The notes: a model not told the origin generated them from the letters alone. A DNA stretch of 64,000 nucleotides from an uncultured Candidatus Melainabacteria bacterium (GCA_947570135.1 CANOTP010000003.1:88197-152196); one strand, 5' to 3'; numbered from the stretch's first letter, positions 44,942 through 54,585 are shown. Translations and numbers: made by a program.

Positions 44942-45931
44942 CTACATTTCTTCTAGCGGCATATACGATTGCGGGTAACTGTAGTCTTCCAAAAATCCGA
45001 GGTTTTTGTAAAGTCTCAGGGCTTGCAGGTTGTTGGTTTCCGTTGTTGTGTTTATTTCTGTAATAGGCGTAGCATAAAGCTTGATTGTCTTCATAATATA
45101 ATCCATTGAGTGTTTAAGCATTATTGTTGACAAACCTTTGCCCTGGTGTTCTTCTTTGATTCCGACAAGCGGGATGTTTACGATTGTACCGCCAGTGAGG
45201 TTCATAAACGCAAATCCTATGGCTTTTCCTTTGTGTAAAAGAACGCTTGTTGAATTTGGCATAAACTCTGCGTATACATCTTTTACGATTTTTGTAATAA
45301 TATCACGTGTACCTTCGCGTGTTGTGAATCTCGGGTCAAACAGGGCATCTGAGCTTTCTTTGAATGATTCGTTTATAACTTCTATAGCGTCTTCAAAATA
45401 ACTGTCGTTCCAGTGTGTAACTTCATAATCTTCAGGAAGTTTTACCACTCTTGCTCTGTCAAAGATTTCTTTTGAAGCCGTGCTGTCAAATTTGTATCTT
45501 AAAACTTCTATTCCTACAAATTTGAACCCGAGTTTTGCAATTACGCTGATTAGTGACTTTTGTTCGCCAAGCATCGGGTAGCAAACGATTTTCTCGCGTC
45601 TTAGAGGTTTTGTGACGTCTAAAAATTTTGTTAACAGTTCTTTTGCCTGTTCTGTGAAATTTGTTTTATCTTTGCTGTGAATTATGTTTAATTCAATGGC
45701 TTCCGAGATTGCTGTTGTGTAAACCAAAAAAGCCACGGGAGTTTCATCTTCATAAAGTACAATACATTTTATCAAGTCTTTATCAATAGCTTCCAAAAAA
45801 CCGTCATATTCAAGCGGTTCAAGTTCAAAATTATATTCGCTTGAGGCTTTGGAGCGAAAATCTTCGTAAAGTTTTTCTAAAGCTTCATAATCGTGTGAAG
45901 TTAAAATTCGTGCGTTGTACATCTTTTCCAT
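44942..45931 (-). CDS. GNAT-family N-acetyltransferase (two GNAT-like halves)
   Basis: The C-terminal half has an acetyl-CoA-binding-like motif (HQGKGLSTIMLKH) and ..LRLYKNLGF. Confidence 0.7.
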   Translation of the reverse strand: MEKMYNARILTSHDYEALEKLYEDFRSKASSEYNFELEPLEYDGFLEAIDKDLIKCIVLYEDETPVAFLVYTTAISEAIELNIIHSKDKTNFTEQAKELLTKFLDVTKPLRREKIVCYPMLGEQKSLISVIAKLGFKFVGIEVLRYKFDSTASKEIFDRARVVKLPEDYEVTHWNDSYFEDAIEVINESFKESSDALFDPRFTTREGTRDIITKIVKDVYAEFMPNSTSVLLHKGKAIGFAFMNLTGGTIVNIPLVGIKEEHQGKGLSTIMLKHSMDYIMKTIKLYATPITEINTTTETNNLQALRLYKNLGFLEDYSYPQSYMPLEEM

Positions 45932-45936
45932 ACTCC

Positions 45937-47151
45937 TTATAAATAGTGGTGCATTTTTTCTTTTTTAGTGTCTATGTATCGCTGATTATAAGGTGTAATT
46001 TCAGAATTAACCTTTATAATATCGTTTACTTTTAAGCCATAGCCTTCCAGACCTATGATTTTTTTCGGGTTATTTGTTATTAAGTTGAAGTTTGTATAAC
46101 CTAAATCAACAAGGATTTGGGCGCCTGTTCCGTAATCGCGCAGGTCTGATTTAAACCCTAGCGATAGGTTTGCTTCAATTGTGTCTTGCCCTTCTTCTTG
46201 AAGTTTGTAGGCTTTAATCTTGTTACAAAGACCTATTCCTCTGCCTTCGTGGTCGGTTAAATATACAACAGCACCTTTTCCGTAGTCGTTAATATATTTT
46301 AGCGCGTTGTGAAGCTGTGAGTTGCAATCACATTTTAAGCTGTGGAAAACATCTCCTGTAAGGCACATACTGTGAACTCTCACAGCAGGAATTTTATCTG
46401 TGCCGTCGTCTTTGACAAGTGCGACGTGTTCTGTTCCGTTGATTTGGTTTTTGTATGCGTAAAGCTTAAACTCTCCAAATGGTGTCGGAAGATTTGTTTG
46501 AGCTTCACGGGTAACAAGTTTTTCCGATTTCAGACGGTATGCGATAAGTTCAGCTACCGTAATGAATTTCAAACCGTGCTTATCGGCAAATTCTCTTAAA
46601 TAATCCCTTCTTGCCATATGCCCGTCAGGTGCCATAACTTCACACATTACACCTGCTGCGCGGTGGTTACATATTTTAGCTAAATCAACCACGGCTTCTG
46701 TATGACCTGTGCGTTCCAAGACTCCGCCTTTTCTGGCTACGCAAGGGAACAAGTGTCCCGGGCGTCTTAAATCTGACGGAACTGCGTCAGGTGCGATTGC
46801 AACTTCAACGGTTTTTGCTCTGTCATAAGCCGAAATCCCTGTTGTTACGCCGTATTTTTCATCAGCATCAATACTTATTGTGAACGCGGTTTTCATACCT
46901 TCGGTGTTTTGTTCGACCATTTGAGGAAGGTCGAGCTGTTTTGCTATATCATCAGAGATTGCAAGACAGATTAATCCTCTAACTTCCGTTGCAAGAAAAT
47001 TAATAAGTTCAGGTGTAACCTTTTCTGCCGAAATTATAACATCCCCTTCATTTTCGCGGTCTTCATCATCTGCTACGATTATCGGTTTTCCTGCCTGAAA
47101 ATCAATTAATGCATCTTCTATATTGTCAAATCTGAATTTTTTATCTTCCAT
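45937..47151 (-). CDS. ribBA: Bifunctional 3,4-dihydroxy-2-butanone-4-phosphate synthase / GTP cyclohydrolase II
   Basis: 404-aa ORF. DHBP synthase motifs (DDEDRENEGD, RTGHTEA) and the GCH-II Cys motif (VHSMCLTGDVFHSLKCDC) are present. Confidence 0.95.
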   Translation of the reverse strand: MEDKKFRFDNIEDALIDFQAGKPIIVADDEDRENEGDVIISAEKVTPELINFLATEVRGLICLAISDDIAKQLDLPQMVEQNTEGMKTAFTISIDADEKYGVTTGISAYDRAKTVEVAIAPDAVPSDLRRPGHLFPCVARKGGVLERTGHTEAVVDLAKICNHRAAGVMCEVMAPDGHMARRDYLREFADKHGLKFITVAELIAYRLKSEKLVTREAQTNLPTPFGEFKLYAYKNQINGTEHVALVKDDGTDKIPAVRVHSMCLTGDVFHSLKCDCNSQLHNALKYINDYGKGAVVYLTDHEGRGIGLCNKIKAYKLQEEGQDTIEANLSLGFKSDLRDYGTGAQILVDLGYTNFNLITNNPKKIIGLEGYGLKVNDIIKVNSEITPYNQRYIDTKKEKMHHYL

Positions 47152-47783
47152 TATACAAATCCGTTTTCGTGTAAAAATTCCATACTTATGTTGCTGTTAT
47201 TATTATCATTCGCGGATAAAATTTTTTCAACATATTTACCTAAAATATCTGTTTCAATGTTAACATAATCCCCTGATTTTAACTCGGAAAGGTTTGTGTT
47301 GTTGTAAGTGTGAGGAATTATTGCTACCTTAATTATTCTTCCTGAGATATTTGCGACCGTTAAGCTTATCCCGTTTATCGTGACTGAACCTTTTTTAACA
47401 ACGTATTTTGTTTGTTCTTGCGGGATTTCAAATTCTAAATCGTAAAATTCAGAGTGTTTTTGAACCGTTAACAGCTTTCCCCTGCAATCAACATGACCTG
47501 AAACGAGATGTCCTCCAAGACGTGAACTCAGTGTTAATGCTCTTTCAAGGTTAACTTTATCACCTTGCTTGAGTGTCCCGAGAGTTGTCACTGATAGGGT
47601 TTCGTTACTTACCTGAACGGTAAACGAATCGGGCTGCATCTCAACAACGGTTTGGCAAACCCCGTTGATTGCGATGCTGTCGCCTAAGTTTGTCCCTTCT
47701 AAAACTTTACGGCAGATGACTTGCAGTTTTGCATCATTGAAAGTTTTAATTGTTCCGATTTCTTCTATGATTCCAGTGAACAT
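47151..47783 (-). CDS. ribE: Riboflavin synthase (alpha chain)
   Basis: MFTGIIEEIG at the N-terminus and a duplicated lumazine-binding repeat (..NGVCQTV.. / ..NGISLTV..) are present. Confidence 0.93.
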   Translation of the reverse strand: MFTGIIEEIGTIKTFNDAKLQVICRKVLEGTNLGDSIAINGVCQTVVEMQPDSFTVQVSNETLSVTTLGTLKQGDKVNLERALTLSSRLGGHLVSGHVDCRGKLLTVQKHSEFYDLEFEIPQEQTKYVVKKGSVTINGISLTVANISGRIIKVAIIPHTYNNTNLSELKSGDYVNIETDILGKYVEKILSANDNNNSNISMEFLHENGFV

Positions 47784-47790
47784 AAAACAC

Positions 47791-49941
47791 CTATCTTAAA
47801 CCTTCGGGAACTGCCATCGGAATCGGTGCAAACTTGTTAGCCCCGTTGGCTGCAGGTTTTGACGCACTTTGCGGAGTCGGAGCCTGCGTTACAGGTGCTT
47901 TGGCAGGTTCCGCTGTTGTTTCTGTTGGTTTTGTTTCCTGAGGTTGATTTTCCGCAGGAGTTGGTTCTTCTGTTGTTTCAACGGTTTTACCTTCATTTTC
48001 AGGGTTTTCGTCATCTCCGATAACTTTTACATCTCCACCGTGGTAGTTTGTAAGCTCTACCGGAGGGTAATTAAATTCTGTCATTGTTGACGATTTTGTT
48101 GCAACAGTCATTACATCTTTCCAAATTTTTGCAGGAACAGTACCACCAAAAAGCCCGTTGATACGTTTGTTATTATCATCTCCAACCCATACACCCGTTA
48201 CAATTTCTGGAGTGTAGCCTACAAAATAAGCATCTTTATATTCGTCTGTTGTACCTGTTTTACCCGCAGCGGGTTTCCCGATGTTAGCGCCTGTACCCGT
48301 ACCTGACTGGATTACTGTTCTGAGCATTGCAGTGATTTCTGCAGCTGTTTTAAGGCTTAATTGATGTGTAATTTTGGTTTTTCCTGCTCTATATAGTACT
48401 CTTCCGCGAGAGTCTTCGATTCTTTCAATTGCGTAAGGTTGAACTACGTATCCTCCGTTAGCAAATGCTCCAAATGCTCTTACAAATTCGAACATTTTAA
48501 CACCGTTTGAACCTAGTGAAATTGTGTAGTCGTATTCAAGCGGTGTTGATATCCCAAGAACTCTTGCAAGTTGGATAACCGAACGGATTCCGACTTCTTG
48601 AATTATTCTTGCAGCGCAAACATTTGATGATATCATTAAAGCTTTGTATACAGGAATTTTTCCTCTATATTTAGGTGTTGCATTGTGCGGTGACCAGTTT
48701 CCTATAGTAATAGGGCTGTCGTCTACTAAATCATTTGGTGAAATACCTTTTTCTAATGCTGCTGCGTAAAGTATAGGTTTAAATGCTGATCCGGGCGGTC
48801 TGATTGATTGAACCCTGTCGTATTGGCTTTCGCCGTAGTTTTTTCCGCCTGCATAAACAAGTATTCTACCGTCAATTGCGTTAAATGAAAATACTGCTGC
48901 TTGCTGAGATTTGTTTGTTAAGCCCCAAGCTCTCATATTTTTCAAAATAGATTCGTTAGCAGCATCTTGAGCTTTTGAATCAAGTGTTGTAATAACTTTA
49001 TATCCGCCTTGGATTATATCAGTTTCTTCAAATCCCAGTTTATGTAATTCTTTTAATACATAGTCACTGAAATAAGGAGCTTTGTTTGTTGTGTATATTT
49101 GCGGAACCGAACTTAATTTAACATCAGCATCGATTGCTTTATCGTATTCTTCTTTTGTGATGTATTTCATCGTAAGCATACGTTTTAGAACCTGATTACG
49201 TCTTCTTATTGCTAAATCTTTGTTGTTATAAGGATTATAGACAGAAGGTGCCTGAGGAAGTCCTGCAATAAGCGCAAGTTCAGGAAGTGTAAGCTGATTA
49301 AGTTTTTTGTTGAAATAAATCTTAGAAGCCGCTGAAACACCGTAAGCGCCTGCTCCTAAGTAAACATTATTTAAATACATTTCAAGAATCTGATCTTTGG
49401 AAATTGTTTTTTCGATTCTTGCGGCAACTTCGATTTCTTTAATTTTTCTTGTTAAAGTTCTTTCGTTTGATAAAAATAAAATTCTTGCAAGTTGTTGAGT
49501 TAGCGTACTTGCACCCTGAACGGCTTGTCTTGCTATTACGTTTTGGATTGATGAACGCACAATCCCGAAAAGATCATAACCGCCGTGTCTGTAAAAGTTT
49601 TTATCTTCTGTTGCAATAAGTGCTTTTTTTAACTCTTCAGGTACATCTTTTAGTTCAACTTTATCATAAGTAAATGCCGTGAATGTCTTTATAACCTCGC
49701 CGTCAGCAGAGTAGAACTGGGTGACGATGTTCGGTCTAAAGTCTTCCAAATGTTCAATCGGAGGAAGGGATGATAAATACAGGTTAAACGCAACAAAACC
49801 CGCCAGTAGAAGTGCGGTTGACGTTAGAATAAACAGTTTTAAATTAGTGAAAAATTTGTTTTCTTTTCGTTTAGAAATGTTTTCGCGTGCAATATCTTTA
49901 GATGCCCTGCGTCTTTTATATTTTTCGTAAGAACTTGACAT
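47791..49941 (-). CDS. Class A penicillin-binding protein (PBP1A-type transglycosylase/transpeptidase)
   Basis: GT51 motifs (ATEDKNFYRHGG, GASTLTQQ) and transpeptidase motifs SAFK and KTGTT are present. The C-terminus is Pro/Thr-rich. Confidence 0.93.
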   Translation of the reverse strand: MSSSYEKYKRRRASKDIARENISKRKENKFFTNLKLFILTSTALLLAGFVAFNLYLSSLPPIEHLEDFRPNIVTQFYSADGEVIKTFTAFTYDKVELKDVPEELKKALIATEDKNFYRHGGYDLFGIVRSSIQNVIARQAVQGASTLTQQLARILFLSNERTLTRKIKEIEVAARIEKTISKDQILEMYLNNVYLGAGAYGVSAASKIYFNKKLNQLTLPELALIAGLPQAPSVYNPYNNKDLAIRRRNQVLKRMLTMKYITKEEYDKAIDADVKLSSVPQIYTTNKAPYFSDYVLKELHKLGFEETDIIQGGYKVITTLDSKAQDAANESILKNMRAWGLTNKSQQAAVFSFNAIDGRILVYAGGKNYGESQYDRVQSIRPPGSAFKPILYAAALEKGISPNDLVDDSPITIGNWSPHNATPKYRGKIPVYKALMISSNVCAARIIQEVGIRSVIQLARVLGISTPLEYDYTISLGSNGVKMFEFVRAFGAFANGGYVVQPYAIERIEDSRGRVLYRAGKTKITHQLSLKTAAEITAMLRTVIQSGTGTGANIGKPAAGKTGTTDEYKDAYFVGYTPEIVTGVWVGDDNNKRINGLFGGTVPAKIWKDVMTVATKSSTMTEFNYPPVELTNYHGGDVKVIGDDENPENEGKTVETTEEPTPAENQPQETKPTETTAEPAKAPVTQAPTPQSASKPAANGANKFAPIPMAVPEGLR

Positions 49942-50015
49942 AATTAATTTATCTCCCTGTTAAACCATTATATTATACCACTTTAAAATATATGGCAAGG
50001 GGGTAAAGAGGGAAT

Positions 50016-50367
50016 TTATTCAGCAGTTTGGAAAACATATCTTGAAACGTTTGTGAACGGTTCAACCGTTGAATCATGAAAAACTACGGGGTAAACATCT
50101 TTGATATCTTTTGTTTTAACAATACAAGGCTCGTTGAAATCCATACTTGTAGTGCCTTTTGAACATTTAATCTCTTCGTTTGGCAGTGAATATACGGTAT
50201 ATTCATGAGTCCTTCTTGATATTATTGATAGTTATAAAGATTATCCCGAGGGTGATTAAATCAGAATCTATCAATGTTGATTCATCCCGTAAGGGATTCT
50301 TTATTGGCATTGACAGACTCCGTGTCACAGCACGGAGTGACAGTTTGGTTTTAGCTTTATTTTTCAT
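50016..50367 (-). pseudogene. Prepilin-like gene remnant (subfamily A): repeat-element insertion in the leader, internal deletion, frameshift
   Basis: Strong RBS, then ATG 50367 MKNKAKTK, the inserted element, then ..LITLGIIFITINNIKKDS*. In another frame, ..SLPNEEIKCSKGTTSMDFNEPCIVKTKDIKDVYPVVFHDSTVEPFTNVSRYVFQTAE* matches the tail of 5052-5777. Confidence 0.6.
50264..50342 (-). repeat. Hairpin-rich repeat element, copy B (inserted in pilin N-terminal coding region)
   Basis: The minus strand reads TGTCACTCCGTGCTGTGACACGGAGTCTGTCAATGCCAATAAAGAATCCCTTACGGGATGAATCAACATTGATAGATTC. It shares four blocks with copy A at 11864-11960. Confidence 0.55.
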
Positions 50368-50445
50368 CTTTTTCTCCTCTTTATTTTGCGATTTTTTGTA
50401 AAAATTTAGCTGTAAATAACATACTCTAAATTGTGGAGAAGTTAT

Positions 50446-50697
50446 ATGCAGGATACAAAAAAATTTATTGGAGCAAGAATAAGAAAGATTAGGAAACTTA
50501 AGGGGTTTAAGCAGTCCGAGCTTGCCGAGCTTATTGATATTGATCCGAAACACATGAGTAAACTTGAATGTGGAAGGTGTTTTCCTTCATTTGATTTGCT
50601 CGGAAAAATTGCTCAAAAGTTGGATAAATCAGTATCGGATTTTTTTGTGACCGAGCATTTGCAATCCCGAAAAATACTTACCGAAAAACCTATATAA
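50446..50697 (+). CDS. XRE-family HTH regulator (probably truncated by an in-frame TAA), partner of pilin remnant 50016
   Basis: MQDTKKFIGARIRKIRKLKGFKQSELAELIDIDPKHMSKLECGRCFPSFDLLGKIAQKL. The start is taken at ATG 50446, after GGAG. After the TAA the frame stays open for at least 21 more codons (KLNQATDEKFQLVYKIVNEIL). Confidence 0.7.
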   Translation: MQDTKKFIGARIRKIRKLKGFKQSELAELIDIDPKHMSKLECGRCFPSFDLLGKIAQKLDKSVSDFFVTEHLQSRKILTEKPI

Positions 50698-50763
50698 AAA
50701 TTAAATCAGGCAACTGATGAGAAATTTCAGCTTGTGTATAAAATTGTTAATGAAATTTTGTAG

Positions 50764-50805
50764 TACTGGATATTACCCAGTAACGCTATGTTGCTATATC
50801 CAGTA
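50764..50805. promoter_or_regulatory. 10-bp-arm inverted repeat TACTGGATAT-N22-ATATCCAGTA overlapping the -10-like hexamer of XRE gene 50816
   Basis: The arms are perfectly complementary, at 50764-50773 and 50796-50805. TAAAAT (50804-50809) lies 6 nt before ATG 50816. Confidence 0.35.
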
Positions 50806-50815
50806 AAATTATTTA

Positions 50816-51049
50816 ATGACGGAAGCTGAATTTTACATAAATTTAGGAAAAAGATTAAAACTTTTACGCGAAAAATCGCATTATACGCAGGAAAAACTTG
50901 CCGAAAAATGTGGTATTAGTCTGGATTATCTCGGGAAAATAGAAGTTAATATTAATAAACCAGGATTAAAAACCTTACTTAAATTATCAAGTGCTCTTGA
51001 AATTTCAATGAAAGAGCTGCTTGATTTTGATGAACAAACTTCCTTGTAA
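50816..51049 (+). CDS. XRE-family HTH regulator (second, tandem copy)
   Basis: ..LGKRLKLLREKSHYTQEKLAEKCGISLDYLGKIEVNINKPGLKTLLKLSSALEISMKELL fits HTH_XRE. Confidence 0.8.
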   Translation: MTEAEFYINLGKRLKLLREKSHYTQEKLAEKCGISLDYLGKIEVNINKPGLKTLLKLSSALEISMKELLDFDEQTSL

Positions 51050-51104
51050 TCAAGGTAATGCCGTTACTTAAAGTAATCGATACCGTTAAATCCTAATTTA
51101 GGAT

Positions 51105-52163
51105 TTAACGGTCGGCATAATTTCGTTTAAGTTCTTCAAGACTGTCGCCGCCATATTTCAGAAGTATTTCATCAGCCAGAATCCAGGCAATGCGGGCTTC
51201 TGCTACAACAGAACAAGCTTCAACCGCACAAACATCAGATCTTTCAAAATGAGCTTCGGTTTCTTCCATTGTTTTTGAATTAACTGTTTTTAATGGTGTT
51301 CTCATTGTCGGAATCGGTTTCATAACCCCTGTTATCACAATGTCTTCACCGTTTGTCATTCCGCCTTCTATACCGCCTGCGTGGTTTGTTTTTCTTGTTA
51401 TTTCACCGTTTTCTACAAAGATTTCATCGTGGTATTCGCTTCCGCTTTTGCCTGTCGGGTTTAAGCCTATTTCAACGGTTTTCACTGCAGGAACACTCAT
51501 TACGGCTTGCGCGATTTTTCCGTCCAAACTTCTGTCCCAATGTACATAAGAACCGAGTCCTACTGGTAAGTTTGTATATGTAACAACAAATCTTCCGCCG
51601 ACAGTGTCACCTTTCCCGCGCATTATGTCGACTTCTTCTTCAAAGTTAGCTGGACAGCAAGCTGAGCCGATTTGGGTAACTTTTGATGAGCCTGTTATCC
51701 CGAGTTCTTTTAATAACAGTTTTGCAACCGCGCCAACTGCTGTTTCTATTGCGGTTTTTCTTGCGCTTGAGCGTTCTAAGACATTGCGTAAGTCTTCGTG
51801 TGCGTATTTTATACTGCCTGCGTAATCAGCATGTCCGGGGCGGAAGGTTGAGAAAGATTTTTCATCTGTTACGTCTTCGGGGGCAACGCTCATAATTTTT
51901 TTCCAGGCTTCAAAATCACGATTTTTCACAACAAGAGTAATCGGAGAGCCTATTGTTTTGCCAAAACGGATGCCTGATGTTATTTCAATGGTGTCTGTTT
52001 CGATTTTCATACGCTCACCTCTGCCGTAACCCTGTTGGCGGCGTTTTAGTTCGTTATTTATAAAATCAATATCAATTGATATCCCCGACGGCATTCCTTC
52101 TATAATTGCCGTTAAGCATGGTCCGTGACTTTCTCCTGCCGTTAAAAATCTGAATTTATTCAT
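51105..52163 (-). CDS. aroC: Chorismate synthase
   Basis: 352-aa ORF. The motifs FRFLTAGESHGP, GRGERM and RPGHADY are typical of AroC. Confidence 0.95.
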   Translation of the reverse strand: MNKFRFLTAGESHGPCLTAIIEGMPSGISIDIDFINNELKRRQQGYGRGERMKIETDTIEITSGIRFGKTIGSPITLVVKNRDFEAWKKIMSVAPEDVTDEKSFSTFRPGHADYAGSIKYAHEDLRNVLERSSARKTAIETAVGAVAKLLLKELGITGSSKVTQIGSACCPANFEEEVDIMRGKGDTVGGRFVVTYTNLPVGLGSYVHWDRSLDGKIAQAVMSVPAVKTVEIGLNPTGKSGSEYHDEIFVENGEITRKTNHAGGIEGGMTNGEDIVITGVMKPIPTMRTPLKTVNSKTMEETEAHFERSDVCAVEACSVVAEARIAWILADEILLKYGGDSLEELKRNYADR

Positions 52164-52638
52164 TATCGTCCTTTTCTTTGTGTTTTAAAAATGATTGGAC
52201 TTTTGTCTGCATCATTTCTTCCGTTATTTTAAATCCTGAATCGGTGTTTTGTACGATTTGATACATCTTAAGCCAGTAAGTTTCTTTGGTGGGCTGGCGT
52301 TCTGCGCTTATTTTTATTCCGTTTGGAACTTGTGTGGCTTTAATATTTCTGTATTTATTTTTGTACCTTCTAAGTTTAGCAGTTTTTTGTCCGATTTTCA
52401 ATTCCTTAAAATATCTGCTTGACGGAACGACTATATCAACAGTTTCACCTGAGGGTTTTACGACTTCACGGATAATTTTTGCGTCAGGCGAGTACATATT
52501 AAGAATTTCAGAATTGTAATTGTTTGCGTAATCCGCGTATTTGTTAAAAAATTCAACGGCTTCTTGGGGAGTTTTACAAAATACATTCGGTGCTATAAGT
52601 AATATTGTAATTATTGTTGTTAAAATTTTTGTTTTCAT
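52156..52638 (-). CDS. Hypothetical secreted protein
   Basis: 160-aa ORF with a signal peptide (MKTKILTTIITILLIAPNVFC). It overlaps the aroC start by 8 nt. Confidence 0.5.
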   Translation of the reverse strand: MKTKILTTIITILLIAPNVFCKTPQEAVEFFNKYADYANNYNSEILNMYSPDAKIIREVVKPSGETVDIVVPSSRYFKELKIGQKTAKLRRYKNKYRNIKATQVPNGIKISAERQPTKETYWLKMYQIVQNTDSGFKITEEMMQTKVQSFLKHKEKDDNE

Positions 52639-52723
52639 AATGTTTTTTTAATGTAATTCCGTAAAATTTCCATTCTGCTTTCGGTTGAAATATGTTGGTA
52701 TTTTTGTGTAAAATAAACTTGTT

Positions 52724-53110
52724 ATGAAAAAAATTTTGATAGTTGATGATGTCCCGGGGTGGGTAAGATTCCATAAAAATAATATTGAATATTTGAATAT
52801 GGATATTAATACAGAAAGCGCAAACAGCGCACGTGAAGGTGTTTCAAAAATCGAATCGGCGATTGATGAGCCTTACGATGTTATTTTTACGGATTTGCAA
52901 ATGGAGTCTGATTTTTTACCTATGCTTGCGGGTGAATGGTTTGTCCGACAGATAAAAACTTACGATAAATATTATAAGAACGTAAAAGTCGTCATAGTAT
53001 CCGCATCACCCAATATTAAAGAAATAGCGGAACGTAACGGGGTTTTGTATTTGCCGAAAACCGTTGCAAGAAATTCAGATGTCGAGGTGTATCGGAAGTT
53101 TTTAACTTAA
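52724..53110 (+). CDS. Stand-alone response-regulator receiver domain protein (CheY-like)
   Basis: KILIVDD.., a phospho-acceptor context VIFTDLQM, VVIVSAS and a conserved Lys (LPK) are present. Confidence 0.65.
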   Translation: MKKILIVDDVPGWVRFHKNNIEYLNMDINTESANSAREGVSKIESAIDEPYDVIFTDLQMESDFLPMLAGEWFVRQIKTYDKYYKNVKVVIVSASPNIKEIAERNGVLYLPKTVARNSDVEVYRKFLT

Positions 53111-53183
53111 ATTAACAAAGACTTTTATTTAAAAAATGTTCATTATATACTTAAACGGTTGACAAAAACGGAGATGAAAAAAG

Positions 53184-54557
53184 ATGTATAATGTAGCAAT
53201 AATAGGTGCAGGTCCTGCGGGGATATTTGCGGCGTTAGAAATAACAAAGTTAAAACCTGATTGGAAAGTTGTTTTAATAGAAAAAGGACAAAGAATTGAA
53301 AAAAGAAAATGTCCGATAAGAGAAGGTTCGCCGAAATGTGTAAACTGCAGACGCTGCGGATTGCTTTGCGGTTGGGGCGGAGCTGGAGCTTTTTCTGACG
53401 GAAAATTAACTCTTACTCCTGACGTTGGCGGTCACCTTGTTGATTATATGACAAGAAGGCAGGCTGAAGATTTAATCGGTTATGCTGATGAACTATATCT
53501 AAAATACGGTGCAACCGAAGAAGTTTTCGGCACCGATATGAAAATTTTTGAAGAAATTGAACATCAGGCTGTTTTAGCGGAACTAAAACTTGTCCACTCT
53601 CCTGTAAGACACTTGGGAACAGAAAGAAGTCTTGATGTATTAAAAAATATGCAGGATTACCTGGATGAAAGAATTACTATCCTAAATAATGTTTCAGCGC
53701 AATCTTTGATTGTTGAATGCGAACAGGTAAAAGGTATTAAACTTGATAACGGCGAAGTGATTTCTGCAGAATATACGATTATTGCTCCGGGTAGAGAAGG
53801 TGCAGATTGGTTAACTCAGGAATTTGCACAGCATAAAATCGGTATGGTAAATAATGCTGTAGATATCGGGGTTAGAGTTGAACTTCCTGCTCCTGTATTT
53901 GAACCTTTGACTTCAAAATTGTATGAGTCTAAATTGATTTATAATTCTCCTACGTTTGGAGATGAAGTCAGAACATTCTGTATGAATCCGAACGGTGAAG
54001 TTGTTCAGGAAAATTACAACGGTATTGCAACGGTTAACGGTCATAGTTACGCAAACTTTAAAACTCCTAACACAAACTTTGCACTGCTTGTCAGTGAAAA
54101 ATTCACTGAACCGTTCAAAGAACCAATTCAATACGGTCAGCATATTGCAAGGTTAGCAAATATGTTAGGCGGCGGTATTTTGGTACAAAGATTCGGTGAT
54201 TTGTTAGAAGGCAGACGTTCAACTCCTGAAAGAATCAACGCAAATGTTATTACTCCGACATTGACTTGTGCAACTCCCGGTGATTTAAGTCTTGTAATTC
54301 CGTACAGACAAATGACAAGTATTATTGAAATGCTTCAAGCACTTGATAAAATCGCTCCGGGAACAGCTTCAAGATATACACTTTTATATGGTATTGAGGT
54401 TAAATTCTACTCAGCAAGAGTTAAGTTAACAAACGAACTTGAAACAGAAGGTGTTAAGAACCTGTTTACAATCGGTGACGGCGCAGGTGTTACAAGAGGT
54501 CTTCTTCAAGCTTCTGCATCAGGTGTGCATGTAGCCAGAACAATTTGTGAAAGATAA
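53184..54557 (+). CDS. FAD-dependent protein (NAD(FAD)-utilising dehydrogenase, COG2509-like)
   Basis: Dinucleotide-binding N-terminus VAIIGAGPAGIFAA, a Cys-rich segment CVNCRRCGLLCGWGGAGAFSDGKL, and C-terminal GDGAG are present. Confidence 0.75.
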   Translation: MYNVAIIGAGPAGIFAALEITKLKPDWKVVLIEKGQRIEKRKCPIREGSPKCVNCRRCGLLCGWGGAGAFSDGKLTLTPDVGGHLVDYMTRRQAEDLIGYADELYLKYGATEEVFGTDMKIFEEIEHQAVLAELKLVHSPVRHLGTERSLDVLKNMQDYLDERITILNNVSAQSLIVECEQVKGIKLDNGEVISAEYTIIAPGREGADWLTQEFAQHKIGMVNNAVDIGVRVELPAPVFEPLTSKLYESKLIYNSPTFGDEVRTFCMNPNGEVVQENYNGIATVNGHSYANFKTPNTNFALLVSEKFTEPFKEPIQYGQHIARLANMLGGGILVQRFGDLLEGRRSTPERINANVITPTLTCATPGDLSLVIPYRQMTSIIEMLQALDKIAPGTASRYTLLYGIEVKFYSARVKLTNELETEGVKNLFTIGDGAGVTRGLLQASASGVHVARTICER

Positions 54558-54585
54558 TTTGATAAATTTATTTAGCGGGCGGATA

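Noticed and set aside
50203-50553. The 116-aa track ORF on the minus strand was considered as a genuine gene.
   Set aside because: Its first 62 codons read through the intergenic or promoter region opposite the XRE gene. The remainder is the pilin leader plus the inserted repeat plus LITLGII. It is better interpreted as a chimeric read-through of a disrupted pilin gene starting at ATG 50367.
50695-50697. The in-frame TAA in the XRE gene was considered as a sign of stop-codon reassignment.
   Set aside because: Housekeeping genes whose 3' ends I read directly (for example glyA, gyrA, priA) end at TAA at the expected lengths. No other conserved protein shows internal stops, so the standard code fits.
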